Part shown: positions 31,376 to 41,382 of the stretch, one piece after another
Layout of the letters: each line of letters begins with the position of its first letter
Numbering within the stretch: the stretch's first letter is position 1
Source of the DNA: an uncultured delta proteobacterium
GTDB lineage: Bacteria > Desulfobacterota > Binatia > Binatales > Binataceae
Direction of reading: 5' to 3'
DNA: 64,000 nucleotides
Assembly: GCA_963794325.1 (NCBI GenBank)
Contig: CAWCDG010000005.1
Location: 320,001-384,000, forward strand
Notes under the pieces: model-generated
Seen by the model: the letters and a program-made list of their open reading frames with translations, nothing else
What the model was told of the DNA's origin: nothing
The model's database searches: none
Program-made: the position numbers and the translations under genes

Positions 31376-32320
31376 CTAGTCGAATTGAATAGTATCTTTG
31401 ACGCGGCTTGATTGCGAAAGAGCCTCGCGCGCAATGCTCTCGACGCCGCCCTCGAACTGCGCGACCTTCACGATGACACTGCCCTCGCCCGCCGCGACCT
31501 CAAGCGCTCCATCCGCTGTCTCGCGCATGATTTTACCCGGCTCGCCGCATGCGCCATTTTCCGCGCCAATCTTCGCTTCCCATATCAGCAACTTTCGACC
31601 GCCAACGAAACAGAACGCGCCGGGATACGGATGCGTCACCGCGCGCACGAGGTTGAAAATCCTGCGCGCCGGCCATCGCCAGTCTATCCGTCCGTCCTCC
31701 GGCTTCCTGCGCCCGAAGTAACTTCCCTTCGCGATATCCATTTTTCGCCGCGGCGCGTCGCCCGCGACGATCTTCGGATGCAGCTCGTTGATCAGTTCGA
31801 CGCCCAACGGCACCAGCTTGCGATACAACGTGAGCGCATTGTCGCCGTCATCGATCGCAACCGCTCGATTCCCGACGATATCTCCACTGTCCGCGCGCGC
31901 AACCATATGATGCAACGTCACACCGGTCTCGCGTTCCCCATTCACCAGCACCCAGTTCACCGGCGCGCGGCCTCGATAGGCCGGCAGCAGCGACGGGTGC
32001 AGATTGAAGGCTCCCAGCGAAGCCAGCTCGAGCACGCTCTCGGGAATCAGGTGACGATACGAGAAAGAATAGATCACCGCCGGCTTCAGCATGCCGATTT
32101 TCGCGGCAGCGGCCTCGACGCTCTCATCAACGTAAACCGGGACGTCGTGACCCGCGGCCAGCTCAGCACACGACCGCCACCAGATCTCTTCATGTGAATC
32201 GTCGCGATGCGTAAACAGGGCTGCAATCGGCACGCCCATCTTCAGCAACGCATCGATGCACGCGTAACCCATCTCATGGTACGCGAACAGGACACATCGA
32301 GCCGACTTCACAGACTCCAC
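31376..32320 (-). CDS. Formyltransferase (ArnA N-terminal-domain-like)
   Basis: FAYHEMG, FNLHPSLLPAYRGRAPVNW and NLVRAVTHPYPGAF motifs. Confidence 0.88.
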   Translation of the reverse strand: MESVKSARCVLFAYHEMGYACIDALLKMGVPIAALFTHRDDSHEEIWWRSCAELAAGHDVPVYVDESVEAAAAKIGMLKPAVIYSFSYRHLIPESVLELASLGAFNLHPSLLPAYRGRAPVNWVLVNGERETGVTLHHMVARADSGDIVGNRAVAIDDGDNALTLYRKLVPLGVELINELHPKIVAGDAPRRKMDIAKGSYFGRRKPEDGRIDWRWPARRIFNLVRAVTHPYPGAFCFVGGRKLLIWEAKIGAENGACGEPGKIMRETADGALEVAAGEGSVIVKVAQFEGGVESIAREALSQSSRVKDTIQFD

Positions 32321-32329
32321 GATTGATCG

Positions 32330-33358
32330 TCAGTCGCGATGGTCGGGTTCCGACTCGTCCGGAGGGGCTTCGGCTCCATGGACCTTTCGCACGATGTAGG
32401 TAGGGCGGCGCCGCACTTCCAGGTAGATACGCCCGACGTATTCCCCGATCAGTCCGAGCGCCAGGAAAATCAAGCCGAACAGAAAGAACTCGACGGAGGA
32501 TACCGTCCACAGCGCGCCTTCCTCCTGCGGCCCGTAGATCAATCGATGACCCAGCAGGACGAACGCGAAGAGCACGGCGGGCACCGAAATTAATATCCCG
32601 GTCATGCTCAGAATCTGAATCGGAATGAGTGAGAACCCGGTGATCAGGTTGAGGCTGAGCTTCACCAGACTGAACAAGTTGTACTTCGACTGGCCACTAG
32701 CGCGATCGTCGTGGGCGACCGGGATTTCCGCAACGCGCTTGGCGAACGAGTTCGCGAGCGCGGGCACGAACGCCGCCTTCTCGTCGCACTCGACGACCGT
32801 ATCGACGATGTGCCGACGATACGCGCGCAACATGCATCCATAATCATGCATCGGTACGCCGACAACCAACGACGTCACCCGGTTTTGCAGCCGTGACGCG
32901 AACTTCCGGTATGCCTGGTCATGACGCTCCTCGCGCCATCCGCCGACGACGTCGTTGCCTTCGTCGATCGCGGCGATCAGCCGCGGAATTTCCTCCGGCG
33001 GATTCTGCAAGTCCGCATCGAGGGTGACGACCACGTCGCCGCGCGATTGTCTGAAGCCGGCGAGGATCGCCGAATGCTGTCCGAAGTTGCGCGCCAGCTC
33101 CACGACTCGCACGCGACCTTCTTCACCCGCCGCTATCTCGCGCAGGATGCCGAGCGAGTCGTCGCGCGATCCGTCGTCGATAAAGACCGTTTCCCATGGA
33201 CGGTCCAGGCCGTCGAGCACCGGCTTGAGGCGCGCCCAGAGCGACGGCAAATTCGCCGATTCGTTGAACACCGGAACGACGATCGACACCAAGCCTCGCT
33301 CCGCACGCGATACTGCCGAAGTGCTTCGGATCGGTGATATTTTGCCGGGGAAACTCAA
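32330..33358 (-). CDS. arnC: Undecaprenyl-phosphate glycosyltransferase, ArnC-like (GT2)
   Basis: VVPVFNE, DDGSRD, RNFGQH, DADLQNPPE, DYGCMLRAY and two C-terminal TM helices. Confidence 0.87.
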   Translation of the reverse strand: MSFPGKISPIRSTSAVSRAERGLVSIVVPVFNESANLPSLWARLKPVLDGLDRPWETVFIDDGSRDDSLGILREIAAGEEGRVRVVELARNFGQHSAILAGFRQSRGDVVVTLDADLQNPPEEIPRLIAAIDEGNDVVGGWREERHDQAYRKFASRLQNRVTSLVVGVPMHDYGCMLRAYRRHIVDTVVECDEKAAFVPALANSFAKRVAEIPVAHDDRASGQSKYNLFSLVKLSLNLITGFSLIPIQILSMTGILISVPAVLFAFVLLGHRLIYGPQEEGALWTVSSVEFFLFGLIFLALGLIGEYVGRIYLEVRRRPTYIVRKVHGAEAPPDESEPDHRD

Positions 33359-33492
33359 GGAACGTGCGCGACCTGACCGTGATCATTCGACGTGAAACCG
33401 CCGTCGCGTGAGGTGATTCTTGCAGACGGCGTGGCGAAATTAAAGATAGCCCAGTTGACCGCGCATGATCTCCTCGCGAGACTGCATCGACC

Positions 33493-35224
33493 ATGCTCGA
33501 TCGCAACCTCCGACTTACCATCTACGCGCTGCTCGCGGCGATCGTCTATCTTCCCGGTCTGGGCCGGCCCGCGCTGTGGGAGCCCGATGAAGGCCGATAC
33601 GCCGAAATCGCGAGAGAGATGGTTGTGACGGGCGACTACGTCACGCCGCACGACGACTTCGAGCTATATTTCGAAAAGCCTCCCCTGGTCTATTGGGTAA
33701 ACGCGGCGTCGATCAAAATCTTCGGCGTCAATGAATTCGCGGTGCGTTTGCCGGCCGCGCTCTTCAGCATCGGACAAATCGTAGTCACCGCCGCATTGGC
33801 AGAGATCATGTTCGGCGCAGCGACGGGACTGTTCGCGGCACTCGCGCTCGCGCTGAGTCCGCTCTTTTTTGGCTTCGCGCGATTCGCGACGCTCGATCCC
33901 GCGCTCGCATTTTTCCTTACCGCCGCGCTCGGCGCCTTCTATGTCGCCGCGCGTGACGATTCATTCTCACAAGCTTCATCGCGCCGATGGATGCTGATTG
34001 CCGCCGCGATGCTCGCGATGGGCACGCTCGCCAAAGGCCCGATCGCATTGCTTCTCGGCGGCGCGATCCCACTGGCATGGCTGGCCGTTCAGCACCGACT
34101 ACGCGAGACCGCGAAGATGCCGCTGGTCTGGTGCGGCCTCCTCTACGCTGCAATCGTCATCCCGTGGTTCGTCTTGATGGAAGCGCGAAATCCCGGCTTC
34201 TTGCGCTTCTTCTTCATCCACGAGCATCTCGAACGCTACGTCACGTCGAGCGAACACGGATGGGGCCCGTGGTTCTTCATTCCAATCGTGATCGGCGGAA
34301 CCTGGCCGTGGATTTTCTTCGTGCCGACTGGATGGTCCGCGATGCGCGCTGACGACGCCTTGCCCGACACCGTGCCAGCGTTGTCGTTGTCTCGCCGATC
34401 CGCCGCGAACTTTCTCGCCATCTGGTTCGTCGTGGTCTTCGTGTTCTTCTCGATTCCCCGCTCCAAGCTCGGCAGCTATATCCTGCCCGCGCTTCCTCCG
34501 CTCGCGATCGTCGCGGGCTACGGCCTGGCGCGTATCTCCACTCTCGACGGCAATGCTTCGCCGCCGTCTGCTTGCGGCCGTCGCGATTGCAAATATCCTA
34601 CTCGCGGCGGCTGTGTTCGGATTGGTCGAACTCGCACACGCTTCAATAAATCCGGCGCTGAGCTTCGACGGATTGCTGATCGCCGCCGTTCTGGCCGCTG
34701 GCGCGATTGCCATGTACGTGCTCGGCCGCAACGCGTCGCTCGTTCTGTACGCAATCGGCGCGCTCGCGCTCGCGATGCTCGCGACGGTGCCGCTGGCCGC
34801 GCGTCTGCGCGAAGACGCATCCCCGATTTCCACATATCGCAACCTTGCAAATGCGGTCGTGCCCTATCTGTCGGACGACTGCGCACTGGCCTCATACCGC
34901 CATTACGTCCAATCGCTGCCGTTCTACACCAACCATCGTGAGACTCGCGTCGAGTACTGGGGCGAGCTGTCCGAAGTTTCCCCTCCGATACCGGGCAAGT
35001 CTGTATATCTCGTCGGCTCCGAAGCGCGGCTGCGCCAGGTCTGGTCGTCTGGCGCGTGCATGGTTCTGATTGCGAACGCTCGCGATCTGAAGGGGCTCGA
35101 GGATTCGTTGAAGCCTGCGCCGGTTGTCATCGGATGCGAGGGTAAGAAATTTGCGCTGTACAATGGCTACCTCGCGCCGCCACCGGCCGCAGCCGCTTGT
35201 CTCAACCCGGGAGCAACAAAATAG
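33493..35224 (+). CDS. arnT: ArnT/GT83-like lipid-carrier glycosyltransferase; frameshift near 34550
   Basis: LWEPDEGRYAEIAREM, YFEKPPL, LAKGP and SKLGSYILP; continues in ORF 34553..35224. Confidence 0.82.
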
Positions 35225-35297
35225 TGGAAACTGGAATCGAGACACTTGGATTCGGACGCGTTCGACTGTAGCTTGGCCGATGAGAGAATAATCAATC

Positions 35298-35954
35298 GTG
35301 GCTGACAATAAATCAAAATCGAAAATTCAGGCTGCCGAATCAGCGGCCAACGGCGTCGACGCGGAACCTTCGCTCGGCCATTTGATTACCGAGACCCGCG
35401 AGCGCAAAGGCATGACCCGCGATCAAGTCGCGACCGAAGCTCATCTGCCGCCGCATTACGTCAAAATGATCGAGAGCGACAGCTACGACATGATTTCGGA
35501 TCGCCTCTACCTGGTTCCGTTTCTTCGCCGCTACGCAACTTTCCTGGGTCTTGATGCCGAAGAGATCGCTTCTCGCTTCGTCAGCAGCGTTCAACACGCC
35601 GAGGCCAACGTAGTGCGTATCTCGCAAGAGATCACGATGGTCGATAGGAAGCCCGGCGGCAGCCGTGGAATCCTGTTCGCGATTCTTGTCGTAGCGGTGG
35701 TTCTATTGCTCGCGGATCTCGCCTGGCGCCGCTACCAGGAGCATGAAGCGTCGCTCCCTGCTCCGGTAGCCTCACCGGCTGCGATGGCTTCCAGCGCCCA
35801 GGCGCCGAATGAGACTCTGCCGCCGGTTAGCATCGTGACGAATCCCGAGGCGGCTGCTCCGCCCGCTGTTTCAAATATCCCGCGACCCGCTACGGCGCCG
35901 CCGGCTGCGAATCACTCAGCACCGCCGCACCCGATACCGCATCCCGCGAACTGA
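35298..35954 (+). CDS. RodZ-like HTH membrane protein with Pro/Ala-rich tail
   Basis: LGHLITETRERKGMT..FLRRYATFLGLD HTH plus one TM helix; no recognisable periplasmic DUF4115 domain. Confidence 0.7.
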   Translation: MADNKSKSKIQAAESAANGVDAEPSLGHLITETRERKGMTRDQVATEAHLPPHYVKMIESDSYDMISDRLYLVPFLRRYATFLGLDAEEIASRFVSSVQHAEANVVRISQEITMVDRKPGGSRGILFAILVVAVVLLLADLAWRRYQEHEASLPAPVASPAAMASSAQAPNETLPPVSIVTNPEAAAPPAVSNIPRPATAPPAANHSAPPHPIPHPAN

Positions 35955-35964
35955 CGACTGATCG

Positions 35965-36648
35965 CTAGTGAAGGACGGCGTTGGCGATCTCTTCGGCAAC
36001 GAGCTCTTTGGCGTGCCGCACGTCGTCGCCCGAATGTACGACTGCAACCACCTTTAACTGATCGGCCGCGCCTTCCAGTGATGCGCGCGCGACAATCACG
36101 GTGTCGTAGATCTGGTTCTTCGGGATGGAATCGTACGGCGTCGGCCCGTTACTGAACGCATTGCGGCGCATCTGGTAGGCTCGGAACTGCGCGGTCATCG
36201 GATCGTCGGGAGCAAGTGCCTGGCGGCGAGCCTCCTGTGCGAACGGATCGATCGGTTGATTTCCGCTGTCGCCCAACGGCGGCGCGTCAGCTCCGGCCTG
36301 TTTCAATAACTCGACCATCGCCGGATCGCCGGGGAACATCTGATGCAACGACACTCCCGGCGCGAGCATTTGCTGATTCACCGTCACCGTGAGCGTAACC
36401 GAATTCTCCGAGTTGGACGGCTGCCCATGACGCGCGGCGCGCAGATCTTCGTTCAACACGTTCTGCACGACCGGATCGGTGCATATTGCGATGACGGTGG
36501 CGTTGGCGGGCGCGTTCAGCTTGCCCGCCATCTTGACCTCGGCCGCTTGCGCAAATCCGCCGATAGCTACTGCAATAGCCAGTGCGCCGATCGCTCGATG
36601 CCGTGCTTTACTCACTCGATTCTCACCGGTATGCGCGCGCGGCCTCAA
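35965..36648 (-). CDS. Secreted hypothetical protein
   Basis: Signal peptide (..GGFAQA); co-oriented with the upstream operon. Start may be ~36615. Confidence 0.55.
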   Translation of the reverse strand: MRPRAHTGENRVSKARHRAIGALAIAVAIGGFAQAAEVKMAGKLNAPANATVIAICTDPVVQNVLNEDLRAARHGQPSNSENSVTLTVTVNQQMLAPGVSLHQMFPGDPAMVELLKQAGADAPPLGDSGNQPIDPFAQEARRQALAPDDPMTAQFRAYQMRRNAFSNGPTPYDSIPKNQIYDTVIVARASLEGAADQLKVVAVVHSGDDVRHAKELVAEEIANAVLH

Positions 36649-37705
36649 TCGGCCAGATCGCGATCACCTCGTCGCCGCGCACTACATAGTATTCGCTATG
36701 CAGATTGATGGTGGTGTCGTTATGGCTCGGAATGATCTCGATCTTCGATCCGGGCTCGAGACTGCTTTCACCCGCCGCCACACTTGCATGTTCTTCTGAC
36801 AGATGCGCCACCTTCATCCCGGTGCCCTTGATCATCGGGGGACCGAATTCGTTGGTCAGCGATTTCATCCCCGCGTCGATAATCGCACGCGCCCCGCGCC
36901 GCGATATTACTGTCGAAAGCAGCGACAACGCCGGACGACCGAGGTCCGGGCGCACGTTGCGATACGCGCCGTCCATGAAAACGTATGAACCCGCCTGTAC
37001 TTCGGTTACGTCGGGCCAGTTGCCGGTGATGTCATAAGTGCCGGTCCCGCCTGCGCTCACAATCTCCGGCGCGAGTCCCGCAGCTCGCAGTGCTTCGACG
37101 TGGCGGCTGAGCGTGGTCAAAGCCTCACGCGCAGTGGCGATTCGTTTCTCAGCATTCGGAATGAGCACCGCGTGGCCTTCATAGCCCATCACGCCGCGAT
37201 AGTTGAGCCCTGATCGCTTCGCGAAGCGCACCAGCCCGACGGTCTCCTCGGGCGACTCCGTGCCGCATCGATGCATACCGGTGTCGACTTCGATAATCAC
37301 GTCGGCGGTTCTGCCGGCACGCGCCGCGCCCGCTTCGAGCTCGCGCACGTTGAACTCGCTCTCGATCGTTCCGATCAAACTGATTTGCGCCGCGGCTTTG
37401 AAAAACCGATCGATCTTGGACGCCCCCGCAATCTGATTTGCGAGCAGCACCGGGCCCAGGCCGGCGCGCGCCAGCACCTCGACCTCGCCAAGCTTCGACG
37501 CGGTTACTCCGATCGCCCCGGCGGCGAGCTGTCGCCGGGCGATCTCCGGCGTTTTCGGCGTCTTGAAATGCGGCCTGAGTTTCTGCTGACGCGCGGCGAA
37601 GTACTCGCCCATCGCGCGGATATTTTCCTCGACGATGTCGAGGTCGAGGATCAACGCGGGCGTATCGATATCGCGCTTGGTCATCGCAAAAACTCCATCA
37701 CGCAC
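36623..37705 (-). CDS. D-threonine aldolase / DSD1-family PLP enzyme
   Basis: DTPAL, RPHFKT, EVDTGMHRCG, GYEGH, QAGSYVFMD and LSEEH motifs. Confidence 0.87.
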   Translation of the reverse strand: MRDGVFAMTKRDIDTPALILDLDIVEENIRAMGEYFAARQQKLRPHFKTPKTPEIARRQLAAGAIGVTASKLGEVEVLARAGLGPVLLANQIAGASKIDRFFKAAAQISLIGTIESEFNVRELEAGAARAGRTADVIIEVDTGMHRCGTESPEETVGLVRFAKRSGLNYRGVMGYEGHAVLIPNAEKRIATAREALTTLSRHVEALRAAGLAPEIVSAGGTGTYDITGNWPDVTEVQAGSYVFMDGAYRNVRPDLGRPALSLLSTVISRRGARAIIDAGMKSLTNEFGPPMIKGTGMKVAHLSEEHASVAAGESSLEPGSKIEIIPSHNDTTINLHSEYYVVRGDEVIAIWPIEAARAYR

Positions 37706-38200
37706 TCACGGAATCTTCTGCTGCAGCAATTCATTCGCGCGTGCAGCGCGCCACTTCACGAGACGATCGCCGAGCTTGGCGTCATTCAGCGCGATTATCT
37801 GCGCCGCTAGCAGACCGGCATTCGCCGCGCCGGGTTTGCCGATCGCCATCGTCGCCACCGGCACGCCCTTGGGCATCTGCACGATCGACAACAGCGAATC
37901 GATTCCATTGAGCGACGTCGTCGGCATCGGCACGCCGATCACCGGGAGGATAGTCTTCGCCGCGACCACGCCCGCAAGATGCGCCGCACCGCCGGCGCCT
38001 GCGATTATTACACGCAGCCCGCGGCCCGCCGCCTTCGCCGAATACTCCAGCGTGACGTCGGGCGTGCGATGCGCCGACATGATCCGAACTTCATGCGGCA
38101 CTTGAAGTTCGTCCATGACCTCCGCCGCCGCCGACATGTACTCCCAGTCGCTCTTGCTGCCCATGATCACGCCCACAATCACTGCCTTGCTGTCCGCCAT
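37706..38200 (-). CDS. purE: N5-CAIR mutase
   Basis: IMGSKSD, SAHRTP, AGAGGAAHLAG and SIVQMPKGVPVAT motifs. Confidence 0.96.
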   Translation of the reverse strand: MADSKAVIVGVIMGSKSDWEYMSAAAEVMDELQVPHEVRIMSAHRTPDVTLEYSAKAAGRGLRVIIAGAGGAAHLAGVVAAKTILPVIGVPMPTTSLNGIDSLLSIVQMPKGVPVATMAIGKPGAANAGLLAAQIIALNDAKLGDRLVKWRAARANELLQQKIP

Positions 38201-38295
38201 GTTGTCCCTCGTACGCAGCAGGCTGATTCTCGTCCGGCTCCATGTCAAGCCACACGCGGTCCGCGCCAATCTGGAACGGCTGAACGATTCCTGCG

Positions 38296-39315
38296 ATGAA
38301 TTGGCGCGTGGCTTCCGAGAAACAGGAGGAGAGCTCAGCAGAGCGCGCTCAGCCGCATGAGGTCAGCCTCGGCCATTGGCATCGAATTGGCGCCGAGCTG
38401 ATCGCGATAATCTATATCGCGCTGATCGCTGGGATCGCGCACGCAACCGGCGCTTTCTACGTTTTGTTTCCCGAACTCGGCGCGCTTTCTCACGATGTCT
38501 TCACGCGGCCGCGAGGCACTTGGGCAAGCGCGCCGCTGCTCCTGGCGATTACTCCAGTGCTCACCGGCGTGATCGGGATCGTCGTCACGCGCGCCCTCCC
38601 GTACGGATTTTTCTCGGTGCTGCTGACAGTGACTGCCGCGGTCGTCGCGATACTGGCGCTCAAATCACCTATCGCGCCTGCGATTTCGGCCGGCCTGCTC
38701 CCGCTGGTGCTTGGGGTGAAGAGCTGGTGGTACCCGCCGGCGATTCTGCTGGGCACTACGATCCTGGCGGTGCTTTCGGTTCTATGGACACAGCTGAGTG
38801 TGGCGCAAAACTGGCTCGAGCCGATCAACGCGGCGGAGGTGCTCGATGAAGCAATCGAGCAGACTCCGGCCGGCTCCTGGTGGCTGATCCCGCTGATGCT
38901 GTTCGTGGCGACTGGCGTCCTGTTCGTGAAACTGACAGGCCTGCGATTCTTACTTTTTCCGCCGCTGGTCGTCATCGGGTTCGAGATGTTTGCGCATACT
39001 GCGATCTGTCCGTGGGCCAAGCGGCCATGGCTATTACCGGTCGCCTGTATGCTGACCGCCGCGGTCGGACTTCTGTTCTGGAATTTGCTCGGAGTCGGAC
39101 CGATTGCAGTCGCGTGCAGTATGGCAGGTGGAGTTTTGGTGCTGCGCTTGTTCGACTTGCACGTGCCACCGGCGCTGGCGGTCGCACTACTTCCGTTCGT
39201 GATGGACTCTCCGACTATCGCCTACCCGATTTCAGTCGGAATCGGCACCCTGCTCATGACGCTGTGGTTTCTTTTTTACAAATCGTTTTTCGGCGGATTG
39301 GAGCAAGGCGTTTGA
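38296..39315 (+). CDS. HPP-family-like membrane protein with two internal repeats
   Basis: Duplicated halves LFPELGAL/LFPPLVVI and APAISAGLLP/PPALAVALLP; about 10 TM helices. Confidence 0.65.
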   Translation: MNWRVASEKQEESSAERAQPHEVSLGHWHRIGAELIAIIYIALIAGIAHATGAFYVLFPELGALSHDVFTRPRGTWASAPLLLAITPVLTGVIGIVVTRALPYGFFSVLLTVTAAVVAILALKSPIAPAISAGLLPLVLGVKSWWYPPAILLGTTILAVLSVLWTQLSVAQNWLEPINAAEVLDEAIEQTPAGSWWLIPLMLFVATGVLFVKLTGLRFLLFPPLVVIGFEMFAHTAICPWAKRPWLLPVACMLTAAVGLLFWNLLGVGPIAVACSMAGGVLVLRLFDLHVPPALAVALLPFVMDSPTIAYPISVGIGTLLMTLWFLFYKSFFGGLEQGV

Positions 39316-39326
39316 TTTGTAGGACA

Positions 39327-40469
39327 TCAGTCCTGCACCAGGTTTCGAAAGTTCTCTGTGAAGAAGCGCGCCTTGGTCGCCTCGGGATAGTCGGCAATGC
39401 TCGCTTCGAATCTGCCGATCGGATCGCGGCCGCCCTCAGCGTGCGGATAGTCGGTCGAGAACATAAAGAGCCGGTCGTTGGACTGGCGGATCAGTTCGCC
39501 GACATCTTCGAAGGGATATGGCGTAAAGCGCAACTGATCGTCGATCTGTTCGGACGGCCGCCGCTGCATTTCGCGCAAATGCGGCTCGGGCTTTGACCAT
39601 ACGTTGGCGATATGATCGAGCCGCCGGCGCATCGCCGGAACCCATCCGGCGCCGAGCTCGATACATCCACCGCGCAAAGTGGGAAATCGATCGAGCACAC
39701 CGTCGAGGATCAGCACCGAGAGAAATTTTTCGGCGGAGTGAAAGATGCAAGTCATGTCCTTGGAGCCGACGACCTCGGCGCCGCCGCGCGCGGTCTTGCG
39801 ATTCGGGAAGCCGTCAATCATCCATTCGGGGCCGATCGACAACGTGCTGCTGCCGACGTGCAGCACGAATGACGCGCGCGCTTCAGCGAGTCGGGCCCAA
39901 ATCGGATCATGAGCGCTATGTCCCGGTGAGCGTCCGGGCGCTTCCGAGGGCAGCATGAACATCCGCAATCCTTCGGCCAGCGCGCGATCGAGTTCAGCCG
40001 CCGAGCGCTCGGGATCGTCCAACACGAGAATACCGGTTGCGACCAGGCGCGGTTCATCGGCAACGAACGCCATCATCGCGCGATTGAATGCCCTGACGCC
40101 TCCGTAGCGGACCTCGCGATCCTTGCACGCGAAAAGGGTGGCCGCGGCGAATGAAGAAAAGATGACTTGGCGCTGGATTCGCAGCGCGTCGAGCACATTG
40201 CCGCGCTCCTTGCTGTTGAATGCGCCGAGTGCGGCGTACCACTTCGGCCCGCGAAGGATTTGATCGCCAAGCGCTTTCAGCTCCGCGACGGTTTCCGGCG
40301 TATGGCCGTGCCTCCCGCTGTCGGGCAGTCCGGCCAATGTCGAATCGAGACTTCCGACCGGAAGGATCGCCGGCAAGCGGTCACGAATCGCAGGATCCGC
40401 ATACGCGGTCAGAAAATCCGGCAACTCCATGATATGGCTGTCGGGATCATTTAGAATTCGCGGCGTCAT
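39327..40469 (-). CDS. Amidohydrolase family protein (Amidohydro_2)
   Basis: NDPDSHIME, VLHVG, ELGAGW and FSTDYPH motifs. Confidence 0.88.
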   Translation of the reverse strand: MTPRILNDPDSHIMELPDFLTAYADPAIRDRLPAILPVGSLDSTLAGLPDSGRHGHTPETVAELKALGDQILRGPKWYAALGAFNSKERGNVLDALRIQRQVIFSSFAAATLFACKDREVRYGGVRAFNRAMMAFVADEPRLVATGILVLDDPERSAAELDRALAEGLRMFMLPSEAPGRSPGHSAHDPIWARLAEARASFVLHVGSSTLSIGPEWMIDGFPNRKTARGGAEVVGSKDMTCIFHSAEKFLSVLILDGVLDRFPTLRGGCIELGAGWVPAMRRRLDHIANVWSKPEPHLREMQRRPSEQIDDQLRFTPYPFEDVGELIRQSNDRLFMFSTDYPHAEGGRDPIGRFEASIADYPEATKARFFTENFRNLVQD

Positions 40470-40559
40470 TGTCCTGACCTCCGAATCGACCTCGGCGGCA
40501 TCGATTGCTCGCTTGATCGATATCAGAATTGAAGGCCGATCATCCACGGGTCCACGGTC

Positions 40560-41331
40560 TTAAGGCTTGCCTGGAAGGGTGGGCGGTAAAGAACCCGGCA
40601 ACGCGGCCGGCGGCGGTGGCGCTATCCCCGCTCCACCAGTATCGCCCACCAAACTACTCACGTCACCGGACGGAATCCCTGTCATTCCTAGCGGTCCGGG
40701 CGACAGCGGAGGCGAGTCGCCAGGAATGGTAGTTTCGTAGCCCGCGTCAATCATAGTTTCCGAAGAAGATGGAAGCGCGGCATTTTGCGCGCCGACGCTG
40801 CCCTCGTAGGTCTTGACGTCCGTGAAGCGAGTGATTTCGCCGAACCCGTACCTGTGAGCACCATCCGAGTAGGCAGTGTCAAACTTGGTGCCGCGTACCG
40901 AAAGTATCGCGTTGGGTGTGTGGATCTGGAAATTGGGCGGACTGCCGCTAGAGGTATGCTTGACGATCGAGCGCAGGACTCCTGCAAGCAGGCCAATCTT
41001 CGTTGAAGTCGCGGCGCCATCAGCGCCTAGCAGTTGCTCATCGATCGTAAGCACACTTGCTGAGCCTGCTTTGAGAACGCTGCCGCCGGCTAGAGTTATG
41101 GCAAGGTGGCCCGAGGTAATAGTTATCTGATCGCCGATATCTACAACCGTCCCTATCGCCACATCGATTCGATTACCAGCTCGTTGAAGACTTGCGGTTC
41201 CGCTAAGGGCGGTCACGGACCCGGCGATAGTTTGCGCTTGCGCCATCCCAGCTGAATGCTAGGAACGCAAGGCAGCCAGCGATGGCAAGGATATTCGAGT
41301 CACGCGAGATTGAGCGGCACCGCAGCTTCAT
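40560..41331 (-). CDS. FecR-domain periplasmic protein; signal peptide separated by frameshift near 41250
   Basis: GSVTALSG..GDQI..FQIHTPNAILSVRGTKF. Upstream ATG 41331 gives MKLRCRSISRDSNILAIAGCLAFLAFS one base out of frame. Confidence 0.75.
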
Positions 41332-41382
41332 AATTTTACTTAGCGTGGTCACTGAGATACGGACCTCCCAACCCGGGGGCAG

